From Callorhinchus milii (taxonomy: Eukaryota): a stretch of 38,829 bases of DNA. The stretch's first letter is position 1; each line of letters begins with the position of its first letter. Below, in pieces: positions 22,601-31,578 of this stretch. Where the stretch lies: assembly GCF_018977255.1 (NCBI RefSeq), contig NW_024705502.1, positions 1-38,829 on the forward strand. Direction: 5' to 3'. The translations under genes and the position numbers were made by a program. The notes under the pieces were generated by a model, which did not search any database, was not told the origin of the DNA, and worked only from the letters and a program-made list of their open reading frames with translations.

Positions 22601-25600
22601 CGTGCCTGCTGCTTCGTCGCTCACCCATCGCCACAGGACTTGGATAATGACGATGGTAAAAAGTGCCATGACTTGCGCAGAGAACTTGGATTTAAGTGAG
22701 GGTGATTTGCGCAGCGTCAACCTCACTCTCTCGACCAGCCCCATCTGTACCCAGTGGCAAGACGTAGTCAAGACGACTGGAGATGGTCCTGGTTGCAGTG
22801 GAAGGTCCAAAGACCCTTTTGGTGGAATTTCCTCCACCAGGGTTCCACATGCCCAGGCTCAGACAAGCTGAGTTTTCCGGGTTAGTTAACCGCCGCCCGG
22901 GGTTCGGCGTTGGCAGCTGCTGACTGTACCGACTCACCAGGGATGTTGAGCCTGGTGTGCGCCTACGGTAGCAGCTAGAGGGCCGGCCAGATGGAACAAG
23001 CCTGAGGCACAACTAGCTGGTCAGACACACTATACACTACTATACACTACACTTCCTACTACACTATACACTACACTACTATACACTACACTTTCTACTA
23101 CACTATACACTACTATACACTACAATACACAACTATACACTACACTTTCTACTACACTATACACTACTATACACTACTATACACTACACTTTCTGCTACA
23201 TTATACACTACTATACACTACACTATACACTACTATACTTTACACGACACTACACAATAGTGCTATACTAGTAACGAATTGTCACGTTCTGTTTGCGTGA
23301 CAACCCTTACTAGTTGGCTATGTTGGGTGGTTGTGGGTTTAACGACACAACATTTATATATTTACTTGATCTAACCAAAAATACCTTTATTATGGATGAA
23401 ATTGGTCGCGAAAGCCCTGCGTGTGAAAGTCGATAAATAAATGTGATAAATCTAGTTGCTTGATCAAATATTAAATAAATATTTATTCCAAAATAAATCA
23501 ACTATCGAGCGAAGCAATGGACACGCACACGCACGTGGGTGGGTGGGTGGGGGGTGGGAGGGGGAGGTTCGCGTACTGCAAGAGCTCGACGACGAGGCAA
23601 TTGTGTCCGCGGAATTGGAACGTGTCCAGGACCCGGATGACTCCGTAGCGCTCATCGCTGGCCTTGCCCTGCAGCTCCTTGGCCACCTCCAACTCCGTCC
23701 TCTGGCGGGCCGCTGTCGAGGAGCTGCGCAGCAGGAAGGTCACGAAATCAACGGTGACTTTGTGGGTGACTCTGTGGGTGTCTCTGTGGGGGGTGTCTAT
23801 GGGTGTCTCTGTGGGGGTCTCTGTGGGGTCTCTGTGGGTGTCTATGTGGGTTACTCTGCTGGTCATTGTGGGTCTCTGGGTCTGGGTGTTTCTGTGGGCC
23901 TCTGTGGGTCTCTAAGGGTCTGGGTGCCTCCGTGGGTCTCTAAGGGTCTGGGTGTCTCTGTGGGTCTCTATGGGTCTTTGTGGGTCTGTATGGGCCTGTT
24001 AGTTTATAGTTAGCAATAGTTGTATGGCAGTTATTATTTTGTTAGTTAACTTTCGTTCATAGCAGTAGCCTTACGGCAGGTTATTATTTCGTGAGTGCAT
24101 TCATAGTTAGTAAGTTTTATGTCAGTTAGTCTATTACTTTATAATTAGCAGCAGTTTTATGGCAGTAAGATATTGTTAGTTTATAGTTAGCAGCAGTATT
24201 ATGTCAGTTAATATTTTGTTAGTTCATATTTAGCAGCAGGTTTATGTCAGTATTTTGATAGTTTATTGTTAGCAGAAGTCTTACGGCAGTTAGTATTTTG
24301 TCAGCGAGTCCATAGTTAGTGGCAGTTTCACGGCGGTGCCTCCAATCGTTTGATGATTATTTTCCGAGAGAGCGGGCCACCGCGGAAGGCCCTCCGACTC
24401 ACGACAAGGGCAGCGACAGCATCTTGACGGCCACGAGCAGTTTGGTTTTGTGGTCGAGGCACTGCAGCACCAGGCCCTGGCCTCCCTCGCCGATCATCTT
24501 CTGCACCTCATAGCGGTAGTGGAGCTGTTCCTTGCGGACCTAGGAGGCGGAGGCCGGTAGTCAGAGTCGTCGCAATCAGAGCATCGAACGTTCGGTAGTT
24601 GCAGCAGTAGTCCGGGCTTCCACGACTGCCATTATCAGCTACGGAGGTTTCTTTTTGCTTGGGTGTTAGATCGTGGAAATGTATAAATGTTTCGTTAAAC
24701 TGCCGAATGCTTGACTTAAAGCTTTCGTGACTGCAGGAATTCATATTCTTGGATCTTTTGGTAAAGTCACGTAGATAGGTTCAAAGATAATTTAAAAAAC
24801 GGACAACTACGACGTTTCGATCGCAACGCAAGCGGTCGTCTTTCTGTTATTTTTTATTATTTTCTTTGAACCTATCTACGTGACTTTACCGAAAGACCCA
24901 AGAATACCGAATGCCGTTAAAACTTGGGGGGGGGTTGTTCGCCTTTTTGCGTTTATTCATCTAACACTGCGTAGTGAGACGCTGGTGGTGAGACACTGGT
25001 GGTGAGACACTGGGGTGAGACACAGGATTTGGGACACTGGTAGTGAGACACTGGTGGTGAGACACTGGTGGTGAGACGCTGGTGGTGAGACACTGGTTGT
25101 GAGACACTGGTAGTGACATACTGGTAGTGAGACACTGGGTAGTGAGACACTGGTTGTGAGACACTGGTGGTGAGACACTGGTTGTGAGACACATGTTTTG
25201 GGACACAGGTTTTGGGACACTGGGTAGTGAGACACTGGTGGTGAGACACAAGTTGTGAGACACTGGTAGTGAGACACTGGTAGTGAGACACTGGGTAGTG
25301 AGACACTGGTGGTGAAACACTGGTGGTGAGACACTGGGTAGTGAGACACTGGTATTGAGACTAGGCCCTAAAGAAGGCTGCTCTCTCTGGTGTAGACCAA
25401 TCAGTTTCAAAGGCAATGCCACACATTATCAGAGCATGTTTTTGTCTGCATGTTAACCACAAGTATGTGTTTTATGTCCAGAAAGGCTACAGCCTATTGC
25501 TACGCTGTTAAAGGCCCCACCACTGAGCTGCTATGGAGCGACCTGGCCATCACAAATCATTGCTCAACGAAGTGGGGCCTCATCATTATCACCGTGTGGA

Positions 25601-27445
25601 AATTTACAGCAGAAGCAGCCAATTGCTCTTAATGTGTGTTGACGTTGTTTCTAAATGTGGAAGGAGAAAAAACGGAGGACCCGGAGAAAAATCCACACAA
25701 CCACGGGGAGAGAGAGAAGACGCAAACTCCAAATATACAGCAGGCGTCAGGGTCGGTATCGAACCCACGACCTCCTGTATACCAGGGGAGGGAGTTAACA
25801 TCTCCTGGCCACCACGGCCGACGTCGTGAGTGGATTAGCCAAAGTTTCCTACATACGGTGCGAAATAACTTGAACACTTTCACAGAGACCCACAGACACC
25901 CAGACCAATAAAGACCCAAACAGATCCTTAGACACCCACAGAGACCCCCAGAAACCCGTAACCAAAACCCTAACTGACTGTCTGTGTCTGATGGTGGTGG
26001 CAGGTTTAACGATTACACATTTATACTCATGCCTTCTAACCCAACAAAAACCTCTGTGGGTGTCTAATGGTGTCTCTTTGGGTGCCTTTGTGGGTCTCAA
26101 TGGGAGTGGGTCTCTATAGGTGTCTCTGTGGGTCTCTGTGGGTGTCTCTTTGGGTCTCCATGGGTGTCACTGTGAGTCTCACAGGGATGTAGTTGTTGTT
26201 ATCGTCGTCGTAGCTGTCGTTGTTGTTGCCGCCCCGGGATTTGCCGACCTTGTCCACAGTGAAGAACCATACTTGTTTCATGGCCTCCAGCTCCAGCTTT
26301 TGGCGATGACTTAGCTGAGGCCCAAAGAGATCCAGGATCGCTGCACACGTGACAAAACAACGACATCTTAGACTTTTAACTATTTCTGTTTTGTTTACAT
26401 GCCAAGTAAGACCCCCGCTAGAGCTATATCGTCATCGTCGTAATTATCATCACATGGAGACTCATCACTCCACTCAGACCCACAGAAACCCATACTGGTA
26501 TCGAACCATAGAGACCCACAGAGATCCATAGACCCACAGAGATCCATGCTCATATCGAACCATAACGACCCATAGAGACCCATACTAAAACTAAACTATA
26601 TATTTTTATTTTGGCAGGTATAGGCCCCACCAAAGTGGCTGTGATCTTCATCACGTGGAAATATATAGCGGCAGCCAAATACTGTATACCCATGTAACAT
26701 GGCTGCCATGACATCCCTCGTGCAACATGGCCACCATGACAACCCACATGCAATATGGCTTCCATGGCATCCCCCATGCAACATGGCCATCAGGACATCC
26801 CTCATTCAACATGGCCGTAATAAAGTCCCCCATGTAACATGGCTGCAGTGACATCCCCCATGCAACATGGCCACAATCAAGTCCCCCTTGCAACATGGCC
26901 ACAGTGACATCCCTCATGCAATATGGGTGCCGTGACATCCCCATGCAACATGGTCACCATGACAACCCCCATGCAACATGGCCACCATTACAACCCCCAT
27001 GCAACATGGCCGCTGTGATATCCCCAATGCAGCATGACCATCATGACATCCCTCATTAAACATGGCCGCCCTAAAGACCCCCATGCATCATGGCCGCCGT
27101 GAAATCCCGCATGTAACATGGCCATAGTGACGTCTCCCATGCAGCATGGCCGTAGTGATGTACCCCATGCAACATAGCTGCCGTGACATCCCCCATGCAA
27201 AATGGCCACAATGAAGTCTCCCATGGAACAGGACTGCCATAAAGTCCCCTAAGCAACATGGCCACCGTGAAGTCCCCATGAAAAATGGTGGTAGTGACTT
27301 CCCCCCATTCACCGTGGCCATTTTTGCTCACTGCTGTTCCTCACCTCGAGGCGATTTACTGCGGATAGGCCGGTGCCGGCTGCGGACAACGCGCTCCACG
27401 TGTTGCCAGAGACTGCCTCCTCCTTCTTGCTCCAGCTTGGCTCGT
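9670..27445 (-). CDS. DYRK4: Divergent DYRK4-like (class 2 DYRK) protein kinase, spliced; two 1-bp frameshifts as assembled
   Basis: Ten GT-AG-joined exons with compatible phases. They give a NAPA1/DH-box-like region, GEGGQG, VAVK, HADIKPDN, DFG, YMAPE, DMW.LGC and [18 protein letters not shown]. Exon boundaries fall where I recall them in vertebrate DYRK4. Orthology versus paralogy is not established. Confidence 0.88.
10700..10880. repeat. (CAT/CGT)n trinucleotide repeat, intronic
   Basis: Direct. Confidence 0.9.
10920..11415 (-). mobile_element. V-SINE copy with five tandem copies of its 52-59-bp tRNA-like head segment
   Basis: Repeated catcagg(gtcgg)gatcgaacccacgacctcctg..taccaggcgaggtagttaacatct at 11140-11415. 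Confidence 0.75.
11432..12076 (-). CDS. DYRK4: Kinase exon: end of subdomain XI plus Pro/His/Thr-rich repeat region
   Basis: Acceptor tctcccaacag; [18 protein letters not shown]; donor gtgagc after ...LLSPR; 645 nt, phase 2 to 2. The 3' boundary is less certain than the 5'. Confidence 0.75.
12524..12641 (-). CDS. DYRK4: Kinase exon (CMGC insert / subdomain XI)
   Basis: Acceptor tctctgcag, donor gtacga; [40 protein letters not shown]; 118 nt. Confidence 0.88.
12685..13100. repeat. Degenerate (ACCC/ACTC/ACCT)n tetranucleotide repeat
   Basis: Direct. Confidence 0.9.
13279..13339 (-). CDS. DYRK4: Kinase exon (subdomain X)
   Basis: Acceptor gcgcag, donor gtgagt; [20 protein letters not shown]; 61 nt (DYRK4 VLGLPP...RRQTFF). 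Confidence 0.9.
13474..13664. repeat. Local tandem duplication of about 95 bp
   Basis: gcactgtgtacaaagacaacaat...gcgagcagcacctat occurs twice. Confidence 0.85.
13766..14571. mobile_element. Non-autonomous Tigger/pogo-like DNA transposon (MITE), about 806 bp
   Basis: TA|cagtagaactttgtcacga ... tcgtgaccagaggttctactg|TA: imperfect TIRs with TA target-site duplication. Confidence 0.8.
14846..15017 (-). CDS. DYRK4: Kinase exon (activation segment, subdomains VIII-IX); 1-bp deletion near 14932-14936
   Basis: Acceptor ggtgcag, donor gtacgg; [28 protein letters not shown](A/G)[29 protein letters not shown]; 172 nt where 173 are needed. Confidence 0.9.
15397..15472 (-). CDS. DYRK4: Kinase exon (subdomain VII, DFG)
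   Basis: Acceptor ttgtccag, donor gtgagt; [25 protein letters not shown]; 76 nt. Confidence 0.92.
15855..16835. repeat. Compound minisatellite (AGAGACCCATACTCAT / AGAGACCCACACAGACCCAC)
   Basis: Direct; related block at about 14660-14780. Confidence 0.93.
16860..17200 (-). mobile_element. Near-full-length V-SINE copy
   Basis: tRNA-like head with GGTTCGATCCC, V-domain-like core and shared tail. Confidence 0.75.
17495..17632 (-). CDS. DYRK4: Kinase exon (catalytic loop); 1-bp deletion in the G run at 17524-17527
   Basis: Acceptor gtgccag, donor gtgagc; [46 protein letters not shown]; 138 nt where 139 are needed. Confidence 0.9.
18151..18415 (+). mobile_element. Probable non-autonomous Helitron/Helentron (DINE-1-like) element
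   Basis: Starts tactagcaggtgtacccg, has ccaaatttca...acagacacacata internally and ends ttttattttctacgtagatt. Recognised by pattern only. Confidence 0.45.
18945..19016 (+). ncRNA. Candidate type I hammerhead ribozyme in a Penelope-like LTR remnant
   Basis: CTGATGA (18954-18960), stem II gccagt/actg(g)c, GAAA (18980-18983), stem III aacat/atgtt, stem I tgtcgc/gtggcg; TATATAA at 18906-18912. Confidence 0.5.
19057..23025 (-). mobile_element. Full-length RTE-clade (RTE-BovB-like) non-LTR retrotransposon, about 4.0 kb, intronic and sense to the host gene
   Basis: About 690-bp 5' UTR, single APE-RT-zinc finger ORF, short 3' UTR ending gatggacgaac(aag)n. Confidence 0.95.
19107..22335 (-). CDS. RTE ORF: AP endonuclease, reverse transcriptase and C2H2 zinc finger (five 1-bp deletions)
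   Basis: [21 protein letters not shown](F)[85 protein letters not shown]. Confidence 0.93.
23026..23265. repeat. (ACACT/ATACACT)n microsatellite flanking the RTE 5' end
   Basis: Direct; a short atactacac remnant lies on the other side of the RTE at about 19049-19057. Confidence 0.9.
23577..23723 (-). CDS. DYRK4: Kinase exon (alphaC helix to hinge)
   Basis: Acceptor ctgcgcag, donor gtacgc; [49 protein letters not shown]; 147 nt, phase 2 to 2. Confidence 0.9.
23755..24000. repeat. GTCTCTGTGGG-type degenerate minisatellite
   Basis: Direct; followed by an AT-rich degenerate repeat at 24000-24330. Confidence 0.8.
24403..24539 (-). CDS. DYRK4: Kinase exon (Gly-rich loop, VAVK)
   Basis: Acceptor ctcctag, donor gtgagt; [45 protein letters not shown]; 137 nt (DYRK4 VLHDHIAYRYEV...CLDHK...LVALK). 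Confidence 0.93.
24735..24907. mobile_element. Inverted-repeat element, copy 2, with a degenerate hammerhead-like core in the spacer
   Basis: Arms tattcttggatcttttggtaaagtcacgtagataggttcaaaga and tctttgaacctatctacgtgactttaccgaaagacccaagaata. Confidence 0.75.
24968..25352. repeat. 14-bp minisatellite GTGAGACACTGGT(G/A/T)
   Basis: Direct. Confidence 0.95.
25490..25815 (-). mobile_element. Near-full-length V-SINE copy
   Basis: Same head, core and tail as the 16.9 kb and 34.4 kb copies. Confidence 0.75.
26183..26340 (-). CDS. DYRK4: Kinase gene exon encoding NAPA1-like region and DYRK homology (DH) box
   Basis: Acceptor gtgtgcag, donor gtgaga; [27 protein letters not shown]...[14 protein letters not shown]; 158 nt. 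Confidence 0.88.
26692..27315. repeat. 28-bp minisatellite CATGCAACATGGCCACCRTGACATCCCC, about 22 diverged copies
   Basis: Period of 28 measured at 26942 and 26970. Confidence 0.92.
27345..27445 (-). CDS. Putative N-terminal coding exon of the kinase gene
   Basis: Acceptor gcatgtag, donor gtgagg; ...[13 protein letters not shown] joins in phase 1 to AILDLF. An alternative donor would end the exon at 27332. Confidence 0.55.
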
Positions 27446-27709
27446 CTACATGCACATACACACATAAAAACAATATTGGAGTAGGCTCCTCTATACACGC
27501 AAACTTCAAATAAACAGTAGACATCACGGTCGGGTCGAACCCACGACCTCCTGGAAACCAAGTGAGGTTGTTAATATCTTGCCATTGTGGTGCCACAGAG
27601 TAGTGTACAGGCATCACAAACACTCACTACATCTCGCGAGGATCGTTCCGCGGTTCGCAAGTGCGAGTTGTAAGTCGATGTTAAACAAATATATATTTCA
27701 TGGAAGCTC

Positions 27710-27945
27710 GTTCGTAGTGTGGGTGGTGTTTGTAAGTGTGGGTGGTGTTCGTAAGTGAGGGTGTTGTTCGTAAGTGAAGGTGTGTTCGAAAGTATGGGTG
27801 GTGTTCATAAGTGCTATTGGTGTTCGTAAGTGCTGGTAGTGTTAGTAAGTGCTGGTGGTGTTCGTAAGTGAGGATGGTGTTCGTAAGTGTGGGTGGTGTT
27901 CGTAAGTGTGGGTGGTGTTGATGAGTGCTGGTGGTGTTCGTAAGT
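27710..27945. repeat. 19-bp minisatellite CGTAAGTGTGGGTGGTGTT
   Basis: Direct; duplicate at about 32710-32835. Confidence 0.9.
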
Positions 27946-27968
27946 CGAGCGTAGGGGCCCATGCGTAC

Positions 27969-28034
27969 CTCCATGGTGTTGATACTCAGAGTGGCTTCTC
28001 TCACGCAGCAGTCCCAAGGTCTCTGTGTGGAAAG
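27969..28034 (-). other. Tentative 5' exon with a strong-Kozak ATG (aacaccATGG at 27974-27972)
   Basis: Unique island between repeats, flanked by cccacag and gtacgc; conserved in the duplicate at 32858-32924. Its phase to the next exon does not fit as assembled. Confidence 0.4.
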
Positions 28035-28074
28035 CTGTGGGTGGGTGGGGGGTGTAGATGGTGTAGAGAGTCAC

Positions 28075-28998
28075 AACACATCCTCACCACTTTCCCACAT
28101 CCCCCAACCAGGAACTCACCATTCTAACCACGAACCCCCATCCTCACCACAAACTCACAACACGGACACACATCCTCACCACGAACTCACAACACGGACT
28201 CACATCCTCACCACAAACTCACATGGACTCACATCCGCATCACGGACCCAACCTCACCAATAACCCACAACACGGACCTACACACTCACCACGAACCCAC
28301 ACCACGGACCCACACACTCACCACGAACCCACATCACGGACCCACACACTCACCACGAACCCACAACATGGACCCACACACTCACCACGAACCCACAACA
28401 CGGACCCACACACTCACCACGGACCCACACACTCACCATGACCCCCAACATGGACCCACACACTCAACCACGGACCCACACACTCACCACGAACCCACAC
28501 ACTCACCACGAACCCACATCACGGACCCACACACTCAACCACGGACCCACACACTCACCACGAACCCACACACTCACCACGGACCCACACACTCACCACG
28601 GACCCACACACTGGACCCACACACTCACCACGAACCCACATCACGGACCCACACACTCTCCACGAACCCCAACATGGACCCACACACTCACCACGGACCC
28701 ACACACTCACCACGAACCCACACACTCACCACGGACCTACACACTCACCACGAACCCACATCACTGACCCACACACTCACCACGAACCACAATCCTCACC
28801 ACGGACCCACAGACTCACCACGAACCCACAACAACGGACCCACACACTCACCACGAACCCACAACATGGACCCACACAATCATTACGGACCCACATCCTC
28901 ACCACGGACCCACACACTCGTCACGAACCCACAACATAGACCCACACACCACGAACCCACAACACGGACCCACACTCACCATGAACCCACAAAACTCA
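28075..28998. repeat. About 20-bp minisatellite CACACTCACCACG(A/G)ACCCA
   Basis: Direct. Confidence 0.93.
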
Positions 28999-28999
28999 C

Positions 29000-29100
29000 C
29001 TCGTCAAAAGTTTCGCTCGGAGAGCTTCAGCAGAAGTTGTTCGAAAGGCGACGATGATGAAGCTGAAGCAGCTGAAGTTTAAGAAGCTGCCGTCTCCTTC
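29000..29100 (-). other. Tentative first (non-coding) exon of the kinase gene
   Basis: Donor gacgag|gtgagt at 29000/28999, next to the CpG-rich promoter-like segment; start site unknown. Confidence 0.4.
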
Positions 29101-29320
29101 ACGCCCGTCTCGAACTCTGAGGAAGCACGTGGTGATTGCGACGTCACCGGTGATGTCACAGCTCGAGGGACGTGACCACGCCCCCTTTAGCCACGCCCTC
29201 CGAGTGACGTGCCAGTGCGCGACCACGCCCCCGGAAGCCGCCCCCCGCCCCTCCTCTTGGGGCGACCTCCACCCCCAGCTCTACTTCCGCTTCCGGTCGG
29301 GCGAATGGCGGCGATGGCGG
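29100..29320. promoter_or_regulatory. CpG-rich, probably bidirectional promoter
   Basis: E-box CACGTG 29126; CRE-like GACGTCA 29140, TGATGTCA 29151 and TGACGTG 29205; three CCACGCCC Sp/KLF boxes (29176, 29191, 29223); GC box 29243; ETS CCGGAAG 29231 and ACTTCCGCTTCCGG 29283; YY1-like AATGGCGGC 29304. Confidence 0.7.
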
Positions 29321-29384
29321 GAAAAAATCTGAACCCTGTCTGGGCCTCCTCGTGGTCGACTCAGCCTGAAGATGCCGACACGGG

Positions 29385-30225
29385 GCTCTGTGTGAGGTGA
29401 GTCTGTGAGTCTCTGTGTGTGTCTGTGTGAGGTGAGTCTGTGGGTCTCTGTGTGTGTCTGTGTGAGGTGAGTCTGTGGGTCTCTGCGTGTGTCTGTGTGA
29501 GGTGAGTCTGTGTGTCTCTGTGTGGTGAGTTTGTGGGTCTCTGTGTGGAGAGTCTGCGGGTCTCTGTGTGGTGAGTCTGTGGGTCTCTGTGTGGTGAGTC
29601 TGTGGGTCTCTGTGTGTGTGAGTCTGTGGTCTCTGTGTGGTGAGTCTGCGGGTCTCTGTGTGGTGAGTCTGGGTCTCTGTGTGGTGAGTCTGGGGTCTCT
29701 GTGTGGTGAGTCTGTGGGTCTCTGTGTGGTGAGTCTGTGGGTCTCTGTGTGGTGAGTCTGCGGGTCTCTGTGTGGTGAGTCTGTGGGTCTCTGTGTGGTG
29801 AGTCTGTGGGTCTCTGTGTGGTGAGTCTGTGGGTCTCTGTGTGGTGAGTCTGCGGGTCTCTGTGTGTGAGTCTGTGGGTCTCTGTGTGGTGAGTCTGTGG
29901 GTCTCTGTGTGATGAGTCTGTGGGTCTCTGTGTGGTGAGTCTGTGGGTCTCTCTGTGTGGTGAGTCCGGGTCTCTGTGTGGTGAGTCTGGGTCTCTGTGT
30001 GGTGAGTCTGTGGGTCTCTGTGTGGTGAGTCTGCGGGTCTCTGTGTGGTGAGTCTGCGGGTCTCTGTGTGGTGAGTCTGTGGGTCTCTGTGTGGTGAGTC
30101 TGTGGGTCTCTGTGTGGTGAATCTGAGTCTCTGTGTGGTGAGTCTGCGGGTCTCTGTGTGGTGAGTCTGTGGGTCTCTGTGTGGTGAGTCTGTGGGTCTC
30201 TGTGTGGTGAATCTGAGTCTCTGTG
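29385..30225. repeat. 23-bp minisatellite (paralog of 3998-4672)
   Basis: Direct. Confidence 0.95.
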
Positions 30226-30339
30226 GGTGTCTTTACATTTCCACACGATGATAATGTTATCAGCCACTTGGTGAGCTATCATTTGTAATAGCCAGCGCTA
30301 CATAGCTCCTTACCTGGTAACATTTAAAATCTTTATTAT

Positions 30340-31030
30340 TTGGGTCTCTATGTATCTCTGCGGGTCTCTGTGTGTGTCTCTGCTTGTCTGTGGATCTCTA
30401 TGTATATCTACGGATCTGTGTGTCTCTATGGGTCTTTGTGTATTTCTATGGGTCTTTGTGTATTTCTATGGGTCTTTGTCTTTACGATTCTCTGTGTATT
30501 TATATGGTTTTCTATGTATCTTTATGAGTCTGTATGTATTACTATGGGTCTCTGTCTCTATGGGTCCTTATGTATCTCTGTGGGTCTCTCCGTATCTGTA
30601 TGGGTCTCTATGTATCACTATTGGTCTCTGTGTGTCTCTATGGGTTTCTGGGTGTCTCTGTGTTATCCTTGATCTGTGTGTCTCTATCGGTCTCTATGTA
30701 TATCTATGGGTCTCTATGTATCACTATGTATCTATATGTATCTCTATGGGTTTCTATATATCTCTATCGGTCTCTATGTATATCTATGGGTCTCTACGTA
30801 TCACTTTGGGTCTCTGTGTGTCCCTATGGGTCTCTATGTATCACTATGGATCTCTGTTTATCTCTATGGGTCTCTGTGTATCTCTGGATCTCTGTGTGTT
30901 TCTATCGGTCTCTATGTATCTCTTTCGGTTTCTATGTGTGACTATTGGTTTTTATGTGTCTCTATGGGTCTCTGTGTGTCTTTATGGGTCTCTATGTATC
31001 ACAATGGGTCTCTGTGTGTCTCTATGGATT
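30340..31030. repeat. About 20-bp minisatellite (paralog of 4720-5065)
   Basis: Direct. Confidence 0.92.
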
Positions 31031-31449
31031 AGCGTGGTTTCTTAAGCGAACTGGGGAATGTGGTGGGCGCGTAAAATGGGAGATGGTGGGAGCTCTATGG
31101 GATTGTCCGGCGAGTGCGATTGTAATGCGTAGTGCGGATCGGTAGGGAGGCTTATGTCATGTAGGGAATGTGGAGGGTGGGTAAAGTGTGAGCCTATGGG
31201 AGTGGCCGGCAAGTGCGATTGTAATGCGTAGTGCGGATAAGCGTTGTTTCTTAAGCGACCTGGGGAATGTGGGGACGGGTAACGTCGGAGACTATGGGAC
31301 TAGCCGGTGAAGGTGATTGCAATTTGTAGTGCGGATAGGTTAGGTAAGCTCTGTCCATGACGGCCCGTGCAGAACTCATTAATTGTAACTCAGACACGTG
31401 CCCCACCCCACTTGTGACGTCACCACGGCACTTATGCCAGGCTAGGTGC

Positions 31450-31578
31450 ATGAGGAGGTCACGGGACAGACCCAGCAGGTGCCATGGGTTGACTGCTGTG
31501 CCAGGCTAGGTGCAGGAGGAGGCCACGGGACAGACCCAGCAGGTGCCATGGGTTGACTGCTGTGCCAGGCTAGGTGCA
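31450..31578. repeat. Two-copy version of the 64-bp satellite
   Basis: Same unit and same flanks as 5525-9214. Confidence 0.92.

Noticed and set aside
29323..29343. KNLNPVW resembling a C2-domain motif
   Set aside because: Seven residues next to a start codon, with none of the rest of a C2 fold
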